Shown here one piece after another: positions 33,223 to 42,937 of a stretch of 64,000 bases of DNA (within the stretch, counting starts at the first letter, position 1; each line of letters opens with the position of its first letter). Source of the DNA: an uncultured Helicobacteraceae bacterium (GTDB lineage Bacteria; Campylobacterota; Campylobacteria; Campylobacterales; Sulfurimonadaceae); assembly GCA_963772795.1 (NCBI GenBank), contig CAVYYS010000007.1, forward strand, positions 953,350 to 1,017,349, in the 5' to 3' direction. The translations under genes were made by a program, and so were the position numbers. The notes beneath the pieces were generated by a model. It saw only the letters and a list, made by a program, of their open reading frames with translations, was not told where the DNA came from and searched no databases.

Positions 33223-35475
33223 ATGAAGCTTTTCAAAGCCGCCTCGGCCCTCCTGCTCTCTTTACCGCTGTTGGCAACAACAGTCACAGACATAAAATTT
33301 GTCGGTACCGTTCATATTTCCGAGTCCATTGCCAAAAGTATGCTCAAGATCGAGGTGGGGGATCAGCTCGATGTCAAAAAAGTGGATGAGACGATTAAAA
33401 CATTTTTTGACCAGGGTTACTTTACCGACATCTGGGCCGACGAGGAGAATGGCGTTATCACCTTTCATTTTGTCGAAAAGCCTATTATCTCAAAGATCAA
33501 GATGAGCGGCTGGAAAGAGAGTGACAAAGAGGCTCAGGAGTCACTGCTTCAGATCAAAAAAGGGGCCCTCTACGATGAGAAGCGCCTTCAGGCTGCCAAG
33601 CAACGCATTATTGAAGCACTCTCCCAGGAGGGCAAGATAGACTCGGTCGTCGAGATTGAGACCGAGTATCTTGACAACGGGAGCGTGGCAGTTGAGTTCA
33701 AGGTCAATGAGGGTGAAACGATCATCATTGACAAGATGCAATACAGCGGTATTGAAGGTCTGGAACCGGAAGATTTTGAAGATACCATCGCAAATAAGGA
33801 ACACCAGTGGATGGGCTGGTTCTGGGGCCGTAATGACGGTAAGATGAAGCTAGCGGAACTGGGCTATGATCCGCTTCGTATCCGTGATACCTATATGCAG
33901 TACGGCTATCTTGACGCCAAGGTCGACGAGCCGTTCGTGCGGGTTGATTTTGACTCCTATACCGCGCAGATGAGCTATCAGATTACGGAAGGCGAAGTCT
34001 ACCGTGTCAGCGCTGTCACACTCTCACAGAGCAAAGAGGTGATTGACAACAAGCTTTTGCGTGAAGAGCTGCAGCTTCAAGAACAGGAGCCTTTTAATAT
34101 CAAGACCTTTCGTGAAGATGCCGACCGTATCAAGACGAAGATCGCCGACCTTGGATATGCCTTTGTCCAGGTCGTACCCGACCTTCGCAAAGATAAAAAG
34201 AATAAAACGGTTGAGGTGGTCTTCCGCATTATCCCGGGCGAAAAGGTCTACATCCGAAATGTGATCATCTCAGGAAACAGCCGAACTCTTGACCGCATTA
34301 TTCGACGTGAGCTCTACCTCGGACCGGGCGAGCGCTATAACCTGACCGATCTGAGCGACTCCAAAAATGCACTGGGACGTACCGGCTTTTTTGAAAGTTC
34401 GACGATCGAAGAGAAGCGTATCGATGAGAAGACGATGGACCTTATCGTAAAGGTCAAAGAGGCGCCTACGGGCAATGTACAGCTGGGCGGCGGGTATGGC
34501 TCATACGGCGGTATCCTGCTCAGTATCGGGGTCGATGACCGTAATATCTTCGGTTCCGGCATCAGTGTCGGGGTCAAGCTGGAGAATTCGCAGCGTACGA
34601 AGAACTACTCGTTCAATATCTCCAACCCCCGTCTCAACGACAGCGATTTCAGCGGAAACTTCTCCCTCTACAAATCGAGCTACCAGTATAATAACTATAC
34701 GGTCAACACGGACGGGATCACACTGGGCGCAGGGCACCGTTTTACCCGTTTTATTTCTGGCTATCTCGGCTATAACTACGCTGCAGTCAGTTATAACGAT
34801 ATTGATCCGAACTACTTTGTACTCAATCCGCAGCTCGTCCAATATTTTGAAAGCTATAATAAAAGCTCGGTGACCGTGAGCGCGAGTTTCGATAATACGG
34901 ATGACTATTACCTGCCGCGCAAGGGCTGGGCGCTCTCGCAGTCGTTCGAAAAATCTGGCATAGGCGCCGATGCCAACTTCTTTAAAAGCCGTTCGACTGT
35001 GAACAAATACAACGGATTGGAGCCGTATCTCGGTTTTGATGCAATCTTCCGCTTTAAAGGGCGCTATTTTGCTGCGGCCGATACCGGTTTCCTTCCTCAG
35101 GCGGAAGGGTTTTATATGGGGGGTCTCGGCTCAGTCCGCGGTTACCAGTCTTACTCGCTGCCTTATATTATAGATAAAAACGGCAATGCGGTGCGTGTCT
35201 CGGCGACACAGACGGCCTCCAGCAATTTTGAGCTGAGTTTCCCGCTTGTGCCTAAGGCCAAGATGCGTTTCTCCATTTTTTATGACCTCGGGTGGATTAA
35301 AACGGACCGTCCTGAACTCGGCAGCGTACCCGATATGTTCCGTATGGGATACGGTGCCGGTATGGAGTGGTTCTCTCCGGTCGGACCGCTGCAGCTGGTC
35401 TTTGCCAACCCTATTAATCCTGACAGCAAAGATAAGATCTCCCACTTCGAGTTTACGATCGGCCAGCGCTTCTAA
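33223..35475 (+). CDS. bamA: outer membrane protein assembly factor BamA
   Basis: POTRA repeats (GNSRTLDRIIRRE), SVRGY, WFSPVGP, C-terminal FTIGQRF. Confidence 0.96.
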   Translation: MKLFKAASALLLSLPLLATTVTDIKFVGTVHISESIAKSMLKIEVGDQLDVKKVDETIKTFFDQGYFTDIWADEENGVITFHFVEKPIISKIKMSGWKESDKEAQESLLQIKKGALYDEKRLQAAKQRIIEALSQEGKIDSVVEIETEYLDNGSVAVEFKVNEGETIIIDKMQYSGIEGLEPEDFEDTIANKEHQWMGWFWGRNDGKMKLAELGYDPLRIRDTYMQYGYLDAKVDEPFVRVDFDSYTAQMSYQITEGEVYRVSAVTLSQSKEVIDNKLLREELQLQEQEPFNIKTFREDADRIKTKIADLGYAFVQVVPDLRKDKKNKTVEVVFRIIPGEKVYIRNVIISGNSRTLDRIIRRELYLGPGERYNLTDLSDSKNALGRTGFFESSTIEEKRIDEKTMDLIVKVKEAPTGNVQLGGGYGSYGGILLSIGVDDRNIFGSGISVGVKLENSQRTKNYSFNISNPRLNDSDFSGNFSLYKSSYQYNNYTVNTDGITLGAGHRFTRFISGYLGYNYAAVSYNDIDPNYFVLNPQLVQYFESYNKSSVTVSASFDNTDDYYLPRKGWALSQSFEKSGIGADANFFKSRSTVNKYNGLEPYLGFDAIFRFKGRYFAAADTGFLPQAEGFYMGGLGSVRGYQSYSLPYIIDKNGNAVRVSATQTASSNFELSFPLVPKAKMRFSIFYDLGWIKTDRPELGSVPDMFRMGYGAGMEWFSPVGPLQLVFANPINPDSKDKISHFEFTIGQRF

Positions 35476-35509
35476 TCAGTAGGGCGCTTAAATAACAGTA
35501 CGGTATACG

Positions 35510-35711
35510 AGCAAAACCCGGATACCTGTGTTAACACTGGGTTCACTTCGGCAGCGGGCCCGGAGGCTGTGCCTTCAGTTATTTGTAGATTGTTTCTGGA
35601 CTTGCTCAGGTAACGGTGCTTTCACCCGAAGTCTACATGACAAGGCGCAGCGCCGGCTTTCATCATGCACCGCAGCAGAGCATAAATCTCTTCATGCGTT
35701 CTATTTTTGCT
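35510..35711 (+). ncRNA. candidate structured ncRNA or repeat remnant (unassigned)
   Basis: GC-rich nested stems in a convergent intergenic gap (GCTGTGCCTT/AAGGCGCAGC, TGTAGA/TCTACA, GACTT/AAGTC). Confidence 0.35.
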
Positions 35712-35719
35712 AATCCCTG

Positions 35720-37186
35720 TTACACTCTGAATTCGATATTTAAGCTGCAACTGTTCAAAGATCGAACACTCTCTTGCGCCAGGTAGGCCGATCCGCACTC
35801 CGGTGTCACAACCAAACTGTCCTTTGTGGCACTCAGTTCAAAATCGATTTTAGAGGGATGGTGTGACAGCAGGGCATCCGAGAGTGCTAAAAGAGAGCTC
35901 AGCTTTTTGACGACCTGCATCGAAGGCAGCAGACGCTCATACTTGGCAAAATAGCTCTTGTTGGGGCTTTTCCCCGATTGATTGAGTATCAGCATGGAGA
36001 CCAGTGTGATCTCCTGATGTGTGTAGCCGTACTCGAGCGCCGTCAGGGCAAGATAGTGGCTGTGTTTTTGATAGGAGTAGAAGTGATGCGAAGCCCCGAT
36101 CTTGGCCAGTTTCGCAGCAATAAGCAGCGGTCTCTCAAATTCTGGCTCAAGTGCCAACTCCTGATGGAAAAGCCCGAAAAGCGTTTTGGCAAGTTTGACG
36201 CGCAGGTTACGCTGTGTGGCATTGTGCCCATGCCGGTCGATGAGATAGGTAAGCGAAGGGTTGAAGTTTGCGGGAAAGGTGTCCCTGTTGTTGCGAAGAA
36301 GATCGCTCAGGTAGAGTCCCTCGCGCACTCCGACCCCGCTACATGTCAGATCTTTGGCGCCGACTTTTTTGACGATGCGCAGCAAAATAAGGGTTCCCGG
36401 TTTGATCACATCATAGCGCTCTTTTTTGACACCGAGCGCTTTTAGCGCCGCCGTATCTTTGGCCTTGATGATCTTTTCGCCCAGGGAGAGAAGCTCTTCG
36501 GCACTGAAACTGAAACCGTGCAGCTTGTCAAGCGGATGTTTGTTCGTTTTTAGGATGATCTGCGCGAGGGCACGAAAGGTTCCGCCGACTCCGATGATAT
36601 GGTCGTTGGCACCGATATCAAGGCTGTCCAATGCGGTGTCGATATAGGTTTTTGCCCCCTTGATGTCATTTTTATCGAAAAAGAGCTCTTTAAGTCGAAC
36701 GGTGCCCAGATCCAGCGAACTCGATAGCACCACCTTGCCCTCTTTGATGTAGGCGCACTCGCTGGAACCGCCGCCGATATCGAGTGTCATCGCTTTTTGG
36801 AGAGGCAGAAGATTGGCACAGGCGATTCCGCCCAGATAGGCCTCCCTTTCGCCGCTGATCACTTTGATATTTAGGCCCAGTTCTTTGTTTACCCGGGAGA
36901 GAAACAGGCTTCTGTTGTTGGCATCACGTACCGCCGAGGTAGCGACACAGAGGGTTTTTCGAACCTCATAGGATTTAGCGATCTGCATAAAATCTTTGAG
37001 CGCCATAACGGCGCGATCCATCGCGGCACTCTGGAGCTCGCCGCCGTTTTGATAGGCATCTTCTGAAATGCGCACACGTGATTTGACTTCATGCAGAAGA
37101 TGAAAAGCAAAGCGGCTTGTCTTTTCCATAATGATCATACGCACGGAGTTGGAGCCGATATCAATGATTGCAGTGCGTTTTGCCAT
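35720..37186 (-). CDS. ppx: Ppx/GppA phosphatase
   Basis: IIDIGSNSVR, ATSAVRDA, SGEREA, DIGGGSSE, GVREG. Confidence 0.93.
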   Translation of the reverse strand: MAKRTAIIDIGSNSVRMIIMEKTSRFAFHLLHEVKSRVRISEDAYQNGGELQSAAMDRAVMALKDFMQIAKSYEVRKTLCVATSAVRDANNRSLFLSRVNKELGLNIKVISGEREAYLGGIACANLLPLQKAMTLDIGGGSSECAYIKEGKVVLSSSLDLGTVRLKELFFDKNDIKGAKTYIDTALDSLDIGANDHIIGVGGTFRALAQIILKTNKHPLDKLHGFSFSAEELLSLGEKIIKAKDTAALKALGVKKERYDVIKPGTLILLRIVKKVGAKDLTCSGVGVREGLYLSDLLRNNRDTFPANFNPSLTYLIDRHGHNATQRNLRVKLAKTLFGLFHQELALEPEFERPLLIAAKLAKIGASHHFYSYQKHSHYLALTALEYGYTHQEITLVSMLILNQSGKSPNKSYFAKYERLLPSMQVVKKLSSLLALSDALLSHHPSKIDFELSATKDSLVVTPECGSAYLAQESVRSLNSCSLNIEFRV

Positions 37187-37283
37187 AGCGTTACACCTTA
37201 TAATGTGAGCCAGACTGGCTGGCTCGGTAAAATTATAAGTATTATAGAGAAAGGGGAGTTAAGAGAGGGTAAGAGAAGAGGTT

Positions 37284-37541
37284 TTACTCTTCGTATTCTT
37301 TTAGGATCTGTGCATATTTGAATTGGAGTTCGGGAATAGTCTCGACATTGTCCTTATCGAGTTCAAAACAGTCAACCGGGCAGACAGCAATACAGGCGGG
37401 TTCATCATAAACACCGACACATTCGGTACATCTGTCCGGATCGACGATATAGATCGGATCTCCCTCTTCGATCGCTTCTGTCGGGCATTCCTCGCGGCAG
37501 GCATCACACGCGATACATTCTTCATTGATCAAAAGTGCCAT
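37284..37541 (-). CDS. YfhL-type 2x[4Fe-4S] ferredoxin
   Basis: CIACDACREECP and CTECVG...CIAVCPVDC. Confidence 0.95.
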   Translation of the reverse strand: MALLINEECIACDACREECPTEAIEEGDPIYIVDPDRCTECVGVYDEPACIAVCPVDCFELDKDNVETIPELQFKYAQILKEYEE

Positions 37542-37688
37542 AAAAAAACCTTATGTTTAGAACTACTGGTATTAGTCCTGTAAATATTTCTAGTTCGATT
37601 TATAGCAGAAGAAAGCTTGAAGTAATTTGAAACGAAAAATGAAATTAAAATGTATTGCTTTACAGCCTTTGTCAGCAGAAATTTTCAT

Positions 37689-38984
37689 CTATCTAAGGGG
37701 AAGAATACAGTGCAGTTTTGAGCGTAAAAGCAGCGATGCAACCGTGCCCAAATGATCTTTACGGTTTTTGATCTCAAGCTCGCCGCCGAGTGCATCTGCA
37801 GCGCTTTTTGCCAAAAAGAGCCCCAGTCCGACACCTGATTTGTTGCCTTGGCGTTTAAAAGGGGCAAAGAGATCGACGGTATCATCAATACCGCAACCCT
37901 CGTCAATGACTTCGATCAGCAGCCCTTCATTATTGATAGAGCTCTGCAAGAGCACTTTTTTTCCTTTTGGTGTAAACTTGAGGGCGTTTTGCAGCAGGTT
38001 CTGGATGATCTGGTTTAAAAGGCTCTCCTGCAGTATGGCCATAAATGCATTGGGCTCAAAGTGCATCTGCAGCTCTTTGCCTTCGGCTTCAGCAAGGAGG
38101 GTGAAATCATTGGCTTTGCGGCGTAGAATATCAATGACGTCGGCCTGTATCGGCGTTTCCAGCTGTGCGCCCTCCTGTCGTCCGATATTCAGGATGCTGG
38201 CTACGATAGCATTCATCTCATCGACACTTTTGTTATTGATCTTGATCGCCTCGATGTACTCTTCAGGCGAGCGTTTTTTGATCATCGTGACCTGATTTTT
38301 GAGTTTCATCACCGCCAGAGGGGTTTTAAGCTCATGCGCTGCACCGATAAAGAGCTCTTTTTGATACTTAACAAAGTTCTGGATACGGTTGATGAGATGG
38401 TTGATGCTTTCGCCGAGAGGGATGAACTCATCAGGCAGCTCCTGTACGACAATAGGTCGTATCATATGCTCGTTCATGTTTGAAAGACGTCTGTTCAGAC
38501 CGGTGATCGGCGATATGAGCATTTTGGAGAAGAGAATCGCATAAAGCGTGACGAGAAGAAACCCGATGGCATTGATGATAAAGATAGAGTTGAGGATCTT
38601 TTTAAGCAGCTGTTCGGTGGGTGTGATGTTTTTACTTATTTTGATGTAGCTGTCTTCTTGCAGATCAAAGGGGTAGAGCAGTGTGAGATAGGTATATCTC
38701 CCGTTTTCCATCTCATAAAAATCGATCTGCTTCTGCTCTGTATGACGGTGAACAAGTTCAACGGTCAGGCCGAGCAGGGTGTCATTGCTGCTTTCCTGGG
38801 CATCTACTAGCGATTTGTACGAACAGATATTCTCTGCAATAGTGACCAGTTCGTTGCGTTTCTCATCATAGATCGACGACTGTATAAAGAGATAGAGAAT
38901 GGAGGAAAAAATGATCAAAAGCGCAACAGTGGCAATGATCAGCTGAACAAGAAAGCGACTTCGAATACTGCGTTGTGAAAACAA
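37689..38984 (-). CDS. membrane sensor histidine kinase (CosS-like)
   Basis: 2 TM, HAMP, H-box AHELKTPL, N-box NLLQNALKF, DEGCG, GVGLGL; TTG start with GAGG SD. Confidence 0.9.
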   Translation of the reverse strand: MFSQRSIRSRFLVQLIIATVALLIIFSSILYLFIQSSIYDEKRNELVTIAENICSYKSLVDAQESSNDTLLGLTVELVHRHTEQKQIDFYEMENGRYTYLTLLYPFDLQEDSYIKISKNITPTEQLLKKILNSIFIINAIGFLLVTLYAILFSKMLISPITGLNRRLSNMNEHMIRPIVVQELPDEFIPLGESINHLINRIQNFVKYQKELFIGAAHELKTPLAVMKLKNQVTMIKKRSPEEYIEAIKINNKSVDEMNAIVASILNIGRQEGAQLETPIQADVIDILRRKANDFTLLAEAEGKELQMHFEPNAFMAILQESLLNQIIQNLLQNALKFTPKGKKVLLQSSINNEGLLIEVIDEGCGIDDTVDLFAPFKRQGNKSGVGLGLFLAKSAADALGGELEIKNRKDHLGTVASLLLRSKLHCILPLR

Positions 38985-39114
38985 AATGACCTCTGTTTGT
39001 AAAGGGCAACTCCGGAGATACCGACGCATTTCAGAGGCTCTTTAGTTTTAATAATTCTATTTTAACGAAGTTAATGCTGTTTTTTGATTAGATTGAAGGG
39101 AAGATGTAAAGGGG

Positions 39115-39135
39115 AAAAGAGGATACTCCTCTTTT
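39115..39135 (-). terminator. hairpin/intrinsic terminator after hsrA
   Basis: AAAAGAGGA-TAC-TCCTCTTTT perfect 9-bp stem 13 nt past the hsrA stop. Confidence 0.6.
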
Positions 39136-39147
39136 GTGTGAAACGTT

Positions 39148-39819
39148 TTAGGCCTCTTTAGGAAAACAGAAACGGTAACCGCGACGGCGTACTGTCTCGA
39201 TGGTGGTGATATTAAGCGGCTTGTCCATTTTTTGACGAATCTGATTGATCGCAACCTCGATGACATTCGGGGTCACCAGTTCAGGCTCTTCCCAGATCGC
39301 GTCGAGGAGCTGCTCTTTGGAGACGATCTGGTCACGATGGCGGGCAAGGTGTGTCAGTACTTCAAAAGGCTTGCCTTTAAGCTCGATCTCGATGCCGTTA
39401 TAGATGATCTTCTCTTCTTCAGGGTTGATGATAAGATCATCGATCTCGATGATGTTGCTGCCGCCGAAACGAAGCTGCGCTTCAATACGTGCGACAAGTA
39501 CATCAAAGTCGAACGGTTTGCGTATATAATCATCAGCGCCCGATTTGAGTGCAGTGATCTCGCTCTCATTATCGTCACGGGCTGAAAGTACGACCACCTT
39601 TGTTTTAGGCGTTTTCGATTTGATATCGGGGATAATGTCAACGCTGTTACCGTCCGGAAGCATCCAGTCCATCAATACCAGGTCGTAATTACGTATGTCA
39701 AGGTAGTATTCACCATCTTTGAGTGTCTCAACGACATCACTCTGGTAGCCGAACTCTTTAAGACCTTCTGCCAAAGTTTTATTGAGTGTAACTTCGTCTT
39801 CAATGATTAAAATGCGCAT
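39148..39819 (-). CDS. hsrA: OmpR-family homeostatic response regulator HsrA/CosR
   Basis: DGEYYLDIRNYDL, WEEPELVTPNVIEVAINQIRQKMDKPL, TVRRRGYRF; folB/plsY/ferredoxin synteny. Confidence 0.93.
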   Translation of the reverse strand: MRILIIEDEVTLNKTLAEGLKEFGYQSDVVETLKDGEYYLDIRNYDLVLMDWMLPDGNSVDIIPDIKSKTPKTKVVVLSARDDNESEITALKSGADDYIRKPFDFDVLVARIEAQLRFGGSNIIEIDDLIINPEEEKIIYNGIEIELKGKPFEVLTHLARHRDQIVSKEQLLDAIWEEPELVTPNVIEVAINQIRQKMDKPLNITTIETVRRRGYRFCFPKEA

Positions 39820-39900
39820 GCACAACCTCATAAATTTTAATTTTTGTGGCCGGAATTATAACACAGTTTTAGGAAAGTTTAATATTATTTTAAATTTATT

Positions 39901-40224
39901 TTAAAATATGAAGGCTTCGGAGAGTGAAACCTCGCAGTTTTTCAGAATGTCCGGTTTTGAGATCTCTAAAATCAGACTGTTAATCGGTGGGAACTCTCTC
40001 TTCAATGAGCTTTTAAGGCTTAACAGGGCCTCTTCAATCAATTCAAATTTTTTCTCTCTCATCTGCATTTCGATATGCTTTGCGACCAGCGCGTAGTCAA
40101 GAAATTGATGGGTGTAGTCATACTCTATAGAGCAGTTGATACGGACCTTCTGCTCTGCGGTGCGTTCGAAGTCCAGGATTCCGATTATGGTCTCAAATTC
40201 GAGATCTTTGATGTTGATCGTCAT
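39901..40224 (-). CDS. folB: dihydroneopterin aldolase
   Basis: TIIGILDFERTAEQKV, LDYA, LIEE, ISKP. Confidence 0.88.
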   Translation of the reverse strand: MTINIKDLEFETIIGILDFERTAEQKVRINCSIEYDYTHQFLDYALVAKHIEMQMREKKFELIEEALLSLKSSLKREFPPINSLILEISKPDILKNCEVSLSEAFIF

Positions 40225-40226
40225 TG

Positions 40227-40841
40227 TCAGACGAGGGCCTTCTCTTCACCTTTGACGAGACGGACAATGTTGGGAATATGTTTATAAAAGAGAATGATCG
40301 TGATGATAACGACAGGGGCATGCGCTATTTCAGGATGAATGAAAAGTGATGCGACCAGCAGTGCGATGACCCCGGTCAGTGAAGAGAGTGAAGAGATCTT
40401 GACTGTTTTCGCCATAATCCCCCAAACTGCGATCCCGATCAGGGTCTCCAACGGCAGCATTACGAGCAGAACACCCATGCCCGTAGCGATCCCTTTGCCT
40501 CCTTCGAACCAGAGGTATGGGCTGAAGCAGTGCCCGGCGACAGCCAGAACGGCGACGCCCCAGAGTGTTGACTCAGGCATGCCTGTGACATAGGCCGCCA
40601 AAAGTACGGCCATCCCCTTCAGGGCATCGAGCAGGAGCGTCGCTGCACCCAGCTTTTTTGCCAGCGCAGGGTTGCTCTCTTTAACGACACGCAGGACGTT
40701 CGTAGCGCCTATACTTTTGGAACCGCTCTCTTTGACATTGACACCGGCAAAAAATTTGGCAAGCAGCAGCCCGAAAGGGATACCGCCGATAAGATAGGCG
40801 GCGATATAAAATTGTGCGTTGATATTGAAAAGAAAATCCAT
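40227..40841 (-). CDS. plsY: glycerol-3-phosphate acyltransferase
   Basis: YLIGGIPFG, GSKSIGATNVLR, DALKG, GGKGIAT, HIPNIVRL. Confidence 0.95.
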   Translation of the reverse strand: MDFLFNINAQFYIAAYLIGGIPFGLLLAKFFAGVNVKESGSKSIGATNVLRVVKESNPALAKKLGAATLLLDALKGMAVLLAAYVTGMPESTLWGVAVLAVAGHCFSPYLWFEGGKGIATGMGVLLVMLPLETLIGIAVWGIMAKTVKISSLSSLTGVIALLVASLFIHPEIAHAPVVIITIILFYKHIPNIVRLVKGEEKALV

Positions 40842-41120
40842 GATAATCTCACCTTGTCGTCGATAAATGTGGGTGGATTTTACTTTAAAGCATGTTACAT
40901 AATGATAAATTGACGAAAAAAAATAGGTTGCTAACGGCAACTTTGTTATAATCGCGGCATTAATAGCAATTCAAAGTAATGCTTGCTCTAAAGTTTTTTC
41001 GAATTGATTTTCCAAGAGTGCCTCTGCGTCGACATGCACAAACTTTATGGGCATAGCGGTAATCATACGGCCTGCGGTATATTCCGCAGATGCGTTTGAA
41101 ATGAACAATAAGGACTGAGT

Positions 41121-42119
41121 TTGAACTACACGACCGAAGAACTCAAAGAGAAAATAATAGAGCTTAAAAAACGCCTTGATGTGACGGTTGTCGCGCACTT
41201 TTACCAGCGCGATGAGGTCTTTGAGATGGGCGATATCACCGGTGACTCGCTGGAGCTTGCCAAAAAGACGATGGCGGATGACGCAAAGTTCGTTCTGTTT
41301 TGCGGGGTCGCTTTTATGGGCCAGAGCGTTAAAATATTAAGCCCTGAGAAGCGGGTGGTGATGCCGAAGCTTGCCTGCTGCGCAATGGCAAGGATGATCG
41401 ATTCGATCTATTATGATGATGCGGTCAAAGCGATGGAGGAGCAGGGTATCGAAAAAGAGGATATTCTGCCGATCACCTATATCAACTCCAATGCCGATGT
41501 CAAAGCAAAGGTCGGCAAGATGGGCGGTATGGTCTGCACCAGCTCCAATGCGAAAGTGATCATCGAGACGGCGCTTAAAGAGGGCAAAAAGATCCTCTTC
41601 GTGCCGGACCGTTGTCTGGGACAGAACATCGCGCGGATGATGGGGCTTAAATCGGCGGTTATCGGTGAAGACAAAGATCTGGCGGGTGCCGATATCATCT
41701 GCTACAACGGCTTCTGTTCGGTCCATCAGCTTTTCAGCGTGGATGACATCGCTTTCTACCGTAAAAAGTATCCGGGCATCAAGATCGCAGTGCATCCGGA
41801 GTGCGACCCCGCTGTCTGTGAAGCGGCGGATTTCGTCGGCTCGACCTCGCAGCTTATCAAGTATATCGCCGATCTCGACCCGGAGCAGAAGGTGGCCGTG
41901 GGCACCGAGTTCAACCTCGTCAACCGATTGCGCTCCAAAAACACCTACGTCCTCTCCTCGACCAAACCGGAGTGCCCGACGATGAACGAGACCACGCTTG
42001 AAGATCTCTACCTGACGCTCAAATCGATCGAAGACGGCGAACCGATCAATGAGATCTTTATCGATGAAGATACCCGCAAATGGGCCAAAGTCGCCCTAGA
42101 CAGAATGTTGGCCTTATGA
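41121..42119 (+). CDS. nadA: quinolinate synthase
   Basis: AHFYQ, GDSLEL, FCGVAFM, CTSSNA, CSVH, HPEC, CPTM. Confidence 0.96.
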   Translation: MNYTTEELKEKIIELKKRLDVTVVAHFYQRDEVFEMGDITGDSLELAKKTMADDAKFVLFCGVAFMGQSVKILSPEKRVVMPKLACCAMARMIDSIYYDDAVKAMEEQGIEKEDILPITYINSNADVKAKVGKMGGMVCTSSNAKVIIETALKEGKKILFVPDRCLGQNIARMMGLKSAVIGEDKDLAGADIICYNGFCSVHQLFSVDDIAFYRKKYPGIKIAVHPECDPAVCEAADFVGSTSQLIKYIADLDPEQKVAVGTEFNLVNRLRSKNTYVLSSTKPECPTMNETTLEDLYLTLKSIEDGEPINEIFIDEDTRKWAKVALDRMLAL

Positions 42120-42931
42120 TCAAGCGATTTGTATTGGAGGCCCTGGCCGAAGATGTCGGACGCGGTGATCTTTATGCTCTGGTATTTGAAGCCCAGGCGG
42201 CATCGGCGAACATCATGGCCAAAAGCGACGGCGTACTTGCCGGCGTAACGTATTGCGATGTGCTTGCCAAAGAAGAGGGTCTCTCTGTCACCTGGTATAA
42301 AAAAGACGGCGATACCTTTAGCCGGGGTGATCAGCTTGCCTTGGTGGAGAGTGATTCGCACACCCTGTTGAAATGCGAACGGACATTGCTCAATATGCTG
42401 CTTCACGCTTCCTCCATCGCAACGCTGACGCGCCGGTTTGCCGATATTGTCCGTCCGCACGGCACTCGCCTTTTGGACACACGCAAAACCCGCCCGATGC
42501 TGCGCGTCTTCGAGAAGTACGCAACGCGCTGCGGGGGCGCGGTCAACCACAGAATGGGGCTGGACGACTGTCTGATGCTGAAAGATACCCATCTGAAGAC
42601 TATCGATGATCTGGACGCATTCATGGCAAAAGCGCGCCTGAGTATTCCTTTTACCTCCAAGATCGAGATCGAGGCGGAAAGTTTCGAGCAGGCTAAAATC
42701 TTTATGGCGGCAGGTGCGGATATCGTGATGTGTGATAACATGACGCCGGAACAGCTTTCGGAAGTTGTCACGTATCAAAAAGCGCACTATCCCGGAATCC
42801 TGCTGGAAGCCAGTGGAAATATCTCTTTAGAGACGATCGAAGCCTATGCCAGGACCGGGGTAGATGCGATCAGCACGGGCGCTTTGATCCATCAGGCTAA
42901 TTGGATCGATCTCTCTATGAAAGTCAATTAG
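42116..42931 (+). CDS. nadC: nicotinate-nucleotide diphosphorylase
   Basis: LDTRKT, NHRMGLDD, KDTH, EASGN. Confidence 0.96.
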   Translation: MIKRFVLEALAEDVGRGDLYALVFEAQAASANIMAKSDGVLAGVTYCDVLAKEEGLSVTWYKKDGDTFSRGDQLALVESDSHTLLKCERTLLNMLLHASSIATLTRRFADIVRPHGTRLLDTRKTRPMLRVFEKYATRCGGAVNHRMGLDDCLMLKDTHLKTIDDLDAFMAKARLSIPFTSKIEIEAESFEQAKIFMAAGADIVMCDNMTPEQLSEVVTYQKAHYPGILLEASGNISLETIEAYARTGVDAISTGALIHQANWIDLSMKVN

Positions 42932-42937
42932 AGGTCA

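Noticed and set aside
35528-35713. 61-aa ORF in the bamA-ppx gap, and partial resemblance of its minus strand to a c-di-GMP-I riboswitch (GCACAGCCTCCGG)
   Set aside because: No SD and an atypical composition for the ORF. The riboswitch GGCAAAC/GNRA arm is missing and there is no downstream gene to control.
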